A stretch of DNA of 64,000 bases from Candidatus Marinacidobacterium sp. GTDB lineage: Bacteria; Acidobacteriota; Vicinamibacteria; Marinacidobacterales; Marinacidobacteraceae. Shown piece by piece: positions 20,024-30,521 of this stretch; within the stretch, counting starts at the first letter, position 1, and each line of letters opens with the position of its first letter. The position numbers and the translations under genes are program-made. Where the stretch lies: positions 2,592,001 through 2,656,000 of the forward strand of contig OZ242011.1 of the NCBI GenBank assembly GCA_965204755.1, given 5' to 3'. Under the pieces are notes generated by a model that saw only the letters and a list, made by a program, of their open reading frames with translations, made no database searches and was not told the DNA's origin.

Positions 20024-21231
20024 GCCCCCGGTTCTCCGCCGCCGCCGAGCGGGTGGCCGGCGCCGGCGCCGTCGTGGACATCCTGAAACTGGCCGAGCAG
20101 CCGGACATCGTCTCGCTGGCCGGGGGGATGCCCGACGCCCGGGTGTTCCTCCCGGAACGGACGCGGGAGGCGATGGAACGGGTGCTCGACCGCCACACCC
20201 CGGAGGCGCTCAACTACTCCCCGAACCTGGGGGTCACCGCGCTCCGGGAGTTCCTCGCCGACCGCATGGGCCGGGTGGAGGGCGCGTCGGTCTCGCCGGA
20301 GGAGATCCTGGTCTGCTCCGGCGGGGTCGAGGGCATCCGCCACGCCGTCACCGCGCTCTGCGACCCCGGCGACGCCCTGCTGGTCGAAGACCCCACCTAC
20401 CTCTCCGTCCTCCACATCGCCCGGGAACTCGACCTCGCGCCGACCCCGGTGGCGACCGACGACGACGGCCCGATCCCGGAGGCCCTGCTCGAGGCCGCCC
20501 GCCGGCCCGGCCCCTCCGGGCGGCGGCCGCAGGCGTTCTATGTCGGCCCGGCCTTCCAGAACCCCACCGGGCGCACCTGGCCGCTCGCCCGCCGCCGCGA
20601 AGTGCTGCGGGCCGCCGAGCAGGCGGACCTCACCCTGATCGAGGACCACGCCTACACCGAGTTGTGGTACGACGAGCCGCCCCCGCCGCCGCTGAAGGCG
20701 CTCGCCCCCGACCGGGTGGTGTTCGTCCACACCTTCTCCAAGATCTTCGGCCCCGGCATCCGGCTGGGCTGGGCCGCCGCCGACCCGGCCCTCGTCCGGC
20801 GCATGGGCCTGCTGAAACTGGGCACCGACCAGTGCTCCGGGGCGCTGGTGCAGCGCCTCGCGCTGGAGTTCGGGCGGAGCGGGGCGCTCGACGAGCAGGT
20901 GCGGCTGGCCCGGGGCCTCTACCGCCCGAAGCGCGACGCGCTGTTCGCCGCCGCCCGCGCGCTCCCCACCCGCTCGCCGGTCGTCCGGCCGGGCGGGGGG
21001 TTCTTCCTCTGGGCGGACTTCACGGGCGCCCTGGATACCGGCGCCCTGCTGCGGACGGCGGTGGAGGAGTCGCGGGTGGCCTTCGTGGCCGGGCGGATCT
21101 TCTACGCCGACCCGGACTCCGCCGCCGCGAAGGGGACGCTGCGGCTCTCGTTCTCGCAGGTCCCGGCCGAGCGGATCCCCGAGGCGATGGAGCGGCTGCG
21201 GCAGGCCGTCGCCGGCGCGATCGCGGCGTGA
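20020..21231 (+). CDS. PLP-dependent aminotransferase (class I/II, LysN/ARO8-like)
   Basis: SLAGGMPD, EDPTY, FQNPTG, IEDHAY, TFSKIFGPGIRLGW; GTGA overlap with the ileS stop. Confidence 0.9.
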   Translation: MSPRFSAAAERVAGAGAVVDILKLAEQPDIVSLAGGMPDARVFLPERTREAMERVLDRHTPEALNYSPNLGVTALREFLADRMGRVEGASVSPEEILVCSGGVEGIRHAVTALCDPGDALLVEDPTYLSVLHIARELDLAPTPVATDDDGPIPEALLEAARRPGPSGRRPQAFYVGPAFQNPTGRTWPLARRREVLRAAEQADLTLIEDHAYTELWYDEPPPPPLKALAPDRVVFVHTFSKIFGPGIRLGWAAADPALVRRMGLLKLGTDQCSGALVQRLALEFGRSGALDEQVRLARGLYRPKRDALFAAARALPTRSPVVRPGGGFFLWADFTGALDTGALLRTAVEESRVAFVAGRIFYADPDSAAAKGTLRLSFSQVPAERIPEAMERLRQAVAGAIAA

Positions 21232-21827
21232 TGCCGCAGGCCCCGCCCGCCTCCCGGCTCTTCGTCGTCTCCGGGCCGTCGGGCGTGGGAAAGAGCACGG
21301 TCCTCCGGCAGGTGGTGCGGGAGGTCGCCGGCCTCTCCTTCGCCGTCTCGCACACCACCCGCCCGCAGCGGGAAGGGGAGGAAGACGGGCGCGACTACCA
21401 CTTCGTCAGCGACGACCGGTTCGACGCCCTGCTCCGGGAGGACGCCTTCGTCGAGTGGGCGAAGGTCCACGACTACCGCTACGGCACCAGCCGGGCGGCG
21501 CTCGCCCCGCCGGCGGGCGGCGACCTGCTCATCGAGGTGGATGTCCAGGGGGCGCGGTCGCTCCGGGACGAGATCGACGGCGCGGTCACGATCTTCATCG
21601 CCCCTCCGAAGTTCGCCGACCTCGAGGCCCGGCTCACCGGCCGGGGCCGGGAATCCGGGGACGAAGTGCGGCGGCGGCTCCGCACCGCGGAAGGCGAGAT
21701 GCCGCAGGCCGGCGACTACGATCACCAAGTCGTGAACGACGACATCGAGGCCACGGTCCGCGAGATCGTCCGGGTGATCGAGGAGGCGCGGAGCGGGGCG
21801 CGCCCGCCCGAAGGCGGGACGGGCTGA
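21231..21827 (+). CDS. gmk: Guanylate kinase
   Basis: SGPSGVGKST, SHTTRPQR, DYHFV, YGT, EVDVQGA. Confidence 0.95.
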   Translation: MPQAPPASRLFVVSGPSGVGKSTVLRQVVREVAGLSFAVSHTTRPQREGEEDGRDYHFVSDDRFDALLREDAFVEWAKVHDYRYGTSRAALAPPAGGDLLIEVDVQGARSLRDEIDGAVTIFIAPPKFADLEARLTGRGRESGDEVRRRLRTAEGEMPQAGDYDHQVVNDDIEATVREIVRVIEEARSGARPPEGGTG

Positions 21828-21844
21828 AGGCGGGCCGGGGAAAG

Positions 21845-23293
21845 ATGGCCGAACGGGACGGAGGGAAGCCCGACGGGCGAAAGAAGATCGTCCTCGGCGT
21901 CACCGGGGGCATCGGGGCCTACCGGGCGCCGGAACTCGTCCGGTCGCTCGTCAAGCGCGGCCACCTCGTCCAGGTGGTGCTCACCCGCGCGGCGGCCTCC
22001 TTCGTGAGCCCGCTCGCGCTCGCCACCGTCTCCGGGGCGCCCGTGCTGGGGCGGCTGTTCGGGTCGCCGGACGAGCCGGGCTACGGGGACCCCGGGGACC
22101 CCGGGGACCCCGCTGTCTCCGGCGACTCGCCGGGGGACATCCGCCACATCTCCCTCACCGAGGAGACCGACCTGTTCCTGGTCGCCCCGGCCACCGCGCA
22201 CACCATCGCCCGGCTGGCGCTCGGCCTCGCGGACGACTTCCTGACCACCTTCGCGCTCGCCGTCCGGGCGCCCACGCTGCTCGCCCCGGCGATGAACACG
22301 AACATGCTGGAGCACCCGGCGACCGCGCAGCACCTGGAGACGCTCCGCGCCCGCGGCGTCCGGATCGTCCCGGCGGGCAGCGGCGAACTCGCCTGCGGCT
22401 GGCTGGGGCCGGGGCGGCTCGCCGGGAACGAGGAGATCCTCGCGGCGGTGGAGGCCGCGCTCGGCGGGGCGCCCGACCCGGCCGGCGGTCTCGCCGCCGA
22501 CCTCTCCGGCGACCTCTCCGGGCGGCGGGTCCTCATCGCCGCCGGGCCGACCCGCGAACCGCTCGACCCGGTGCGGTTCCTCTCCAACCGCTCCTCCGGG
22601 CGGATGGGGTTCGCGCTGGCCCGCGCGGCGCGTCTCCGGGGAGCGCGGGTGACGCTGGCGCTGGGGCCGGGAACCGCGCCGCCCCCGCCCGGCTGCGAGG
22701 TCCTCCCGGTGGAGACCGCCCGCGAGATGCGCTCCGCCGTCCTCCGGGAGGCGCCGGGCTGCGACGCGGTCCTGATGGCGGCGGCGGTCGCCGACTACCG
22801 CCCGGCGGAAGCGGCGGCGGAGAAGACGAAGTCGGGTCGGTCCAAGGGGAAGTCGAAGGGGGTGGCGGACGAAGGGGCCTCGCTCGCCCTCGTCCCGAAC
22901 CCGGACATCCTCGCGGAACTCGGCGCCCTCCGGCGGGAGGGCGGGGCCGGCCCGGCCGCGCTCGTCGGCTTCGCCGCCGAGACCGGCGACCCGGAGGCGG
23001 AGGCGGTCCGGAAACTCCGGGCGAAGGGCTGCGACCTGGTCGTGGGCAACCGCGTGGGCGGCGGCCGCGTCTTCGACCGGGACACCACGGAAGCGGTGCT
23101 GGTCGAGCGCGGCCCGGACGGCGGCGAGCGCGTGACCCGCCGCCCGCCGGAGTCGAAGGACGCCCTGGCGGCGGCGGTCCTCTCCGCGGTCGCCCGCCGG
23201 CTCCGGGCGCCGGCGAGTCAAGACGCGCCGGCGGCGGGGGAAGACGCGCCGGCGGCGGGCGAAGATGCGCCGGCGGCGGGCGGCCCGTCGTGA
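21845..23293 (+). CDS. coaBC: Phosphopantothenoylcysteine decarboxylase/ligase
   Basis: GVTGGIGAY, APATAH, APAMN, GELACG, GPTREPLDPVRFLSNRSSGRMG, AAVADY, GFAAET. Confidence 0.95.
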   Translation: MAERDGGKPDGRKKIVLGVTGGIGAYRAPELVRSLVKRGHLVQVVLTRAAASFVSPLALATVSGAPVLGRLFGSPDEPGYGDPGDPGDPAVSGDSPGDIRHISLTEETDLFLVAPATAHTIARLALGLADDFLTTFALAVRAPTLLAPAMNTNMLEHPATAQHLETLRARGVRIVPAGSGELACGWLGPGRLAGNEEILAAVEAALGGAPDPAGGLAADLSGDLSGRRVLIAAGPTREPLDPVRFLSNRSSGRMGFALARAARLRGARVTLALGPGTAPPPPGCEVLPVETAREMRSAVLREAPGCDAVLMAAAVADYRPAEAAAEKTKSGRSKGKSKGVADEGASLALVPNPDILAELGALRREGGAGPAALVGFAAETGDPEAEAVRKLRAKGCDLVVGNRVGGGRVFDRDTTEAVLVERGPDGGERVTRRPPESKDALAAAVLSAVARRLRAPASQDAPAAGEDAPAAGEDAPAAGGPS

Positions 23294-23356
23294 CCGTCCT
23301 GTCGTGACCGTCCTGTCGTGAGCGGCCCTTCGTGAGCCGCCCGTCGTGACCGCTCC
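23287..23356 (+). repeat. Five 14-bp tandem units (GTCGTGACCGTCCT-like), each containing GTGA, bridging the coaBC stop and the udg start
   Basis: Units start at 23287, 23301, 23315, 23329 and 23343. Confidence 0.88.
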
Positions 23357-24074
23357 GCCCTCCGGCCCGCCCTCCCCGGAGGAGCGGAACCTGCGCGAGC
23401 AACTCGCCGCCCGCCTCCGGCTCCTCCGCTCGTTCACGGAAGTCCCGCTCGGCCTCCCGGTCGCCCCGCCGGCCGCGCCCTCCCCGGCGCCGGCCGCCCC
23501 GCCCGCCGAGACCCTCGCGGAGGTCCGCGGCGACCTGGGCGACTGCCGCCGGTGCGCGCTCGCCGGCGGCCGGACGCACATCGTCTTCGGCGTCGGCGAC
23601 CCGGACGCCGACCTGATGTTCGTCGGCGAAGGCCCCGGCGAGGAGGAAGACCGCCGCGGCGAACCCTTCGTCGGCAAGGCCGGCCAACTCCTCACCCGCA
23701 TCGTCGAGGGCGCCTTCGGGAAGACCCGGGCCGAGGTGTACATCGCCAATGTGGTCAAGTGCCGCCCGCCGAACAACCGGGACCCGGCGCCGGAGGAGAT
23801 CGCCGCCTGCCTCCCGTTCCTGAAGCGGCAGATCGCCTCGGTCCGCCCCCGCGTCCTCGTCGTCCTCGGCGCGGTGGCGGCGAAGACCCTGCTCCCCGGC
23901 GTCCGCAGCATCGGGGCGGCCCGGGGCCGGCTCCACGACTTCGACGGCATCCCGGTGGTGGCGACCTACCACCCGGCCTACCTGATCCGGGCCTCCGGCG
24001 ACCCGCTGCTCCAACTGAAGCGGAAGGTGTGGGACGACTGCAAACTCGCGCTCCGGATCCTGAACCCGGACTGA
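23346..24074 (+). CDS. Uracil-DNA glycosylase family 4 (Fe-S)
   Basis: CRRC, GEGPG, PFVGKAG, NVVKCRPPNNR, TYHPAY. Confidence 0.93.
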   Translation: MTAPPSGPPSPEERNLREQLAARLRLLRSFTEVPLGLPVAPPAAPSPAPAAPPAETLAEVRGDLGDCRRCALAGGRTHIVFGVGDPDADLMFVGEGPGEEEDRRGEPFVGKAGQLLTRIVEGAFGKTRAEVYIANVVKCRPPNNRDPAPEEIAACLPFLKRQIASVRPRVLVVLGAVAAKTLLPGVRSIGAARGRLHDFDGIPVVATYHPAYLIRASGDPLLQLKRKVWDDCKLALRILNPD

Positions 24075-24100
24075 CGGGGCCGGGCGGCGCGCCCCCCCCG

Positions 24101-26461
<2,361 letters not shown>

Positions 26462-26468
26462 CCCCCGC

Positions 26469-26645
26469 CGGCGCTTCGGCGCGTCCGCGCTGCGCGTGGG
26501 CCGAAGTCGCTTACGCCGAACCGGACGACTCCGGCCCTCGGCGCTCCGGCGCGTCCCCGCCGCGCGCGGGCCGAAGTCGCTTACCCGGAGCCGGCTACAC
26601 GACTCCGGCCCTCCGGCGCTTCGACGCGTCCGCGCCGCGTGTGGG
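26469..26645. repeat. Imperfect 70-75-bp intergenic tandem repeat (about 2.5 copies)
   Basis: GGGCCGAAGTCGCTTAC and ACGACTCCGGCCCT each occur twice; CGGCGCT..G.CGCGTCC occurs three times. Confidence 0.8.
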
Positions 26646-26684
26646 AGACTCCCGAACCGCCCGCCGCCCGCCTGCTTCCGCCCG

Positions 26685-27779
26685 ATGACTGACCTGCCGT
26701 CCCCGGAGGGGCCGGGCCGTTTCGCCGCCGCCGGCCGAGCGGTGTGGCGCTCGGCCCAGATCGCCGCCGCCACCCTCGCGGTGAGCGTCCCGTTCGGCTT
26801 CGCCGCCACCGGGGAGGCGGTGGAAGTGACCATGGGCGCGGTCTGCGGCGTCGCGGTCGGCGTCGGCCTCGGCCTCCGCCTCGGCGAGCGCGGGGGCCGG
26901 TCGGTCGGCATCCTGGTCGGCTCGGCCCTCGGCGCGGCGGCGACGCTCCTCGCCGGCCGCGCCGCCCTCAGCCCCGGCTGGCTCGTCCCCCCGCTGCTCG
27001 CCCTGGCGCTCGGCCTGATGGACGGCCTCGGCAGCGCCCGCCTCCGCGGCTACCGCGAAGCCCTCCGCGAGTCGCTCCTGATCTCGCTGGTCCTCGGATT
27101 CGGCGCCCTCTTCGGCCGCCTCCCGGTCTCCGGCCTCGCGGCGGCGCTCGCCTGCGCCCCGGTGAACGCGCTGGTCGCCGGCTTCTTCGGCCGCGACCCG
27201 GAGGGCCGCCGCTTCACCCGCCCGCCCTGGTGGCTGCTCCTCGCCGTCGCGGTGATGTTCGCCGCCGTCGCGACGGTGACCGTCCTGGACGGCCGCCCCG
27301 CCCCCTCGATCCCGCGGTCGCTCGGCGTGGCGGCGGCGTCGCTGCTCGCAGTCCCGGCCGCGGTGTTCCTCGCGGCGCGAACCGCCGCGGTCTGGCTGCG
27401 CCCGCGGCTCCTCGTGTACTCGGAACTCGCCGACTACCTCCGGGTGATGTGGGTCCCCATCGGCGGCTTCGCGGTCGGCTACCTGGCGATCATCGTCCTG
27501 TTCGCGGGGTTCGCCGGCGCCCTCGAGCGCTTCCTCCCCGGCTCGTTCACCGGCGCGGACGCCGCCGGCCTCGCGGACTGGGTGCTGTTCTCGTTCTACT
27601 CCGCCGTCGCCCAGCCCGATTCCGCGATCAGCCCGGCCACCGGCCCCGCCCGGCTGCTCCACGGCGCCCAACTCGTCCTCTCCGTCGGCTGGGCGCTCGT
27701 GGTCTTCGCCGCGGTGATGTCCGCGATCCAACCCCAACTCGAACGCCTCGCCCGCCGCCGCAAACCCCCGGACGACTGA
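26685..27779 (+). CDS. Multi-pass membrane protein with degenerate ion-channel (Ion_trans_2-like) C-terminus
   Basis: Many hydrophobic segments; WVLFSFYSAVAQPDSAISPATGPARLL resembles a pore helix but lacks GYG. Confidence 0.65.
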   Translation: MTDLPSPEGPGRFAAAGRAVWRSAQIAAATLAVSVPFGFAATGEAVEVTMGAVCGVAVGVGLGLRLGERGGRSVGILVGSALGAAATLLAGRAALSPGWLVPPLLALALGLMDGLGSARLRGYREALRESLLISLVLGFGALFGRLPVSGLAAALACAPVNALVAGFFGRDPEGRRFTRPPWWLLLAVAVMFAAVATVTVLDGRPAPSIPRSLGVAAASLLAVPAAVFLAARTAAVWLRPRLLVYSELADYLRVMWVPIGGFAVGYLAIIVLFAGFAGALERFLPGSFTGADAAGLADWVLFSFYSAVAQPDSAISPATGPARLLHGAQLVLSVGWALVVFAAVMSAIQPQLERLARRRKPPDD

Positions 27780-27838
27780 CCCGACCCGCCCGAGCGACGG
27801 TCCCCTTCGCGCCCGCCGCGGTCGGTAGGGTTCCGCCC

Positions 27839-28321
27839 ATGAACCCTCCCCCGCGACTCCTCCTCTGCTCCGTCGCCGCCGGTCTCGGCCTCTCCGCCGC
27901 CGTCGCCGCCGCGATCTACTCCCCTTCGTCGGCGTCGTCCGCTTCGCCGGCGCCCGCCGTCCAAGCCCCCGACCTCGGCTCCTTCCTGAGCGAGAGCGGC
28001 ACCGAGATCCGTCTCCTCCTGTCCGAGTCCAACCTCGGCGGCGGCGAGTTGCAGGTCGGCGAAATCACCTTCCCCCCCGGCGCGAACTCCGGCAACCACT
28101 ACCACGGCGCCACCGAAGTCTTCTATGTCCTCTCCGGCGAGTTGGAACATGTCGTGGACGGCGTCTCCGAATTCCTCGGCCCCGGCGACCTCGGCTTCGT
28201 CCGCCCCCCGTCCGCCGTCAACCACCGCACCGCCCCGGACGGCCCCGGCGCGAAAGCCCTCGTCATCTGGGCCCCCGGCGGCGAAGGAACCCGAATCGTC
28301 CAAACCTGGCGCCGCCCCTGA
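27839..28321 (+). CDS. Exported cupin-domain protein
   Basis: Signal-peptide-like N-terminus, HYHGATEVFYVLSGEL and PPSAVNH cupin motifs; TAGGGT 7 nt upstream. Confidence 0.85.
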   Translation: MNPPPRLLLCSVAAGLGLSAAVAAAIYSPSSASSASPAPAVQAPDLGSFLSESGTEIRLLLSESNLGGGELQVGEITFPPGANSGNHYHGATEVFYVLSGELEHVVDGVSEFLGPGDLGFVRPPSAVNHRTAPDGPGAKALVIWAPGGEGTRIVQTWRRP

Positions 28322-28368
28322 TTCCCGAGCCCGGTGCGCCCGCCGCCATTCCTGTCGGAGCGACCGTC

Positions 28369-28761
28369 GTGAACACCGACGAGATGACGCGGCGAGTCGC
28401 CGCGAGCCTCCCCGACCGGTTCACCTGCTCGCCCGCGCCCCGCGGGAACCTCCGCGTGGAAACGCCCCTGCTCTATCCCGACGGCGGCATCGTGGATGTG
28501 TTCGTCGTCGAACGCGACGGCGCCTGGTCGGTAACCGACTTCGGCGAGGCCTCCGGCTGGCTGGAGATGGAGGCCGACGGCGGAAGCCCGTCACCGAAGC
28601 AAGCCCGAATGATCGAAGACCGCTGCCGGGCCCTCGGCGTCACGAACCGCGACGGCCGCCTCGAGTTGCGGCTGACCACGCCGGACGAAGTCGGCGACGC
28701 CGTAGCGCGCGTAGCCCGAGCCGTCGCCGAGGTCGCCGAGACCTCGAACCGCCGCCGCTGA
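28369..28761 (+). CDS. DUF1828-like protein
   Basis: VETPLLYPDGGIVDVFV...VTDFGE motif. Confidence 0.7.
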   Translation: MNTDEMTRRVAASLPDRFTCSPAPRGNLRVETPLLYPDGGIVDVFVVERDGAWSVTDFGEASGWLEMEADGGSPSPKQARMIEDRCRALGVTNRDGRLELRLTTPDEVGDAVARVARAVAEVAETSNRRR

Positions 28762-28819
28762 CCGCCGCTCCGCACCTGTTTGCGAACGCTGCGCCGCCGA
28801 CACGCGTCGAGACGGGAAG

Positions 28820-30076
28820 ATGGCGATGACGACGACCTCCCGGCGCCTCGTCTCCGAGTCGCCGGCGGCGCCGCCGGCGCGGCTGGAATCGCTGAGGGTG
28901 CGGAACTTCCGCGCGCTTCGTCGAATCGAGATCGAGGACCTGACGCCGCTGACCGTCCTCGTCGGACCGAACGGCAGCGGCAAGTCCACGGTCTTCGAGG
29001 CGCTCGCGTTCCTCTCGGACTGTTTCGAGTCCGGCCTGCGCCGCGCCTGGGATCGGCGGGGCCGCGGCCGGGAGATTCGAACCCGCGGCGAAGACGGGCC
29101 GGTCGCCGTGGAATTCGACTACCGGGAGCTCGCGAACCAGCCCCGGATCACCTACCACCTGGAAATCGACGAAGAGGACGGAAACCCGGTCGTCGTCTCC
29201 GAGTGGGCGCGATGGAGGCCGAAGCCGAAGGGAGCGCCTTTCCGTTTCCTCGACTACGGCCGCGGCCGCGGTCGGGCGGTCGGCGGAAAAGCGCCTGGCT
29301 CCGGGGACGAGCGAGCCGAAGCCCCTCTCCGGTCAGCCGACCTGCTCGCCGCCGACGCGCTCGGCCGGTTTCGGCGTTACCCCCGGATCGCCGCGCTGCG
29401 GACCTTCATCCGCGGTTGGCATATGTCGCGTCTCTCGGCGGAGGGCGTCCGCGCCCGACCCGAGGCCGGCCCGCAGGAGCGGCTGTCGACGAGCGGCGAC
29501 AACCTGGCGAATGTCGTCCAGTACTGGCGCGAGCGGCATCCGCGCCGGTTGCGTCACATCGTCGAGCGCTTGCGGCGACGAGTCCCTCGCTTCGAGAGTT
29601 GCCGCGCGGATCCGAGTCCCGACGGCCGACTCCTCCTGCAGATGGAAGACGCTCCGTTCGACGAACCGATCACGGCGCGTTTCGCGTCCGACGGCGCGCT
29701 CAGGATGCTGGCGTACCTGGTTCTCCTCCACGACCCGGCGCCCGCTCCGCTCCTCGCCGTGGAGACACCCGAACTCTTCGCGCATCCACGGCTTCTCCCC
29801 GAACTCGCCGAAGAGTTCCGCGCCGCCGCGGAACGCGCGCAACTTCTTGCGACCACCCATTCCCCGTTCTTTCTCGCTGCCCTTCGCCCCGAAGAGGTGC
29901 GCGTTCTCTGGCGCGACGAAGCAGGCCATACCCGGTCGCGTCGAGCGGCCGATTCCCGGGGTGTTACGGAGTTCGTTCGCCGAGGAGCGCATCTCGGCAA
30001 TCTCTGGACCGAAGGCCACTTCGGCGTGGGTGATCCGCTCACGCGCAGCGGTGCCCCGATTCGCGGCAACCCGTAG
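28820..30076 (+). CDS. ABC-type (AAA_21) ATPase
   Basis: VRNFRAL, GPNGSGKS, SDG signature, ATTHSP H-loop; Walker B reads LAVETPE. Confidence 0.85.
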   Translation: MAMTTTSRRLVSESPAAPPARLESLRVRNFRALRRIEIEDLTPLTVLVGPNGSGKSTVFEALAFLSDCFESGLRRAWDRRGRGREIRTRGEDGPVAVEFDYRELANQPRITYHLEIDEEDGNPVVVSEWARWRPKPKGAPFRFLDYGRGRGRAVGGKAPGSGDERAEAPLRSADLLAADALGRFRRYPRIAALRTFIRGWHMSRLSAEGVRARPEAGPQERLSTSGDNLANVVQYWRERHPRRLRHIVERLRRRVPRFESCRADPSPDGRLLLQMEDAPFDEPITARFASDGALRMLAYLVLLHDPAPAPLLAVETPELFAHPRLLPELAEEFRAAAERAQLLATTHSPFFLAALRPEEVRVLWRDEAGHTRSRRAADSRGVTEFVRRGAHLGNLWTEGHFGVGDPLTRSGAPIRGNP

Positions 30077-30090
30077 AGTGCGCGGTGATC

Positions 30091-30217
30091 TCAGCCGCCG
30101 ATCGGGGCGGTCTCCCGCGCGGCGTCTTCGACCTCGCGGGCCGGATGCAGGTTGCGGAGGAAGTCGGTTACCGGCAGGCAGAGGATGTCGTCGGTGACGC
30201 GGCGATCCTCGCCGCGG
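30091..30217 (-). pseudogene. Orphan duplicated 3' end of the AAA-DUF4143 gene at 32924-34138
   Basis: Encodes RGEDRRVTDDILCLPVTDFLRNLHPAREVEDAARETA; 56 nt (30149-30204) are identical to 32994-33049. Confidence 0.85.
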
Positions 30218-30521
30218 GAGCCTGCGACTGCCCCGGCGGGCCACGCCGGTTCCATCCCCGAGGCGACTCCGCGAAGTCGCCTGACCCTCGACACCCCTCG
30301 CCGGACTTCGCCCGGCTGTAGTGTGCCTATGAAACCAACTCCCGAACTGTCAACTACTTACAAAGTCAAACCGTCGAAGTCAAGAAGGGCGTTGCGGCCG
30401 GACGAGGGCGCGGCAATGCAGCGCCCGACATTTGTTGATCGCCGGGACTGTTCCCGAGGCTGGTGAGGTGTGGTACGCTTCCACACCGACGACGGAGATG
30501 TGCTGGCGACAGCGATAGTTC

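Noticed and set aside
30318-30385. Possible IS end (TGTAGTG...) and GTCAA repeats upstream of the GmrSD gene
   Set aside because: No matching inverted end or transposase found; too short to support.
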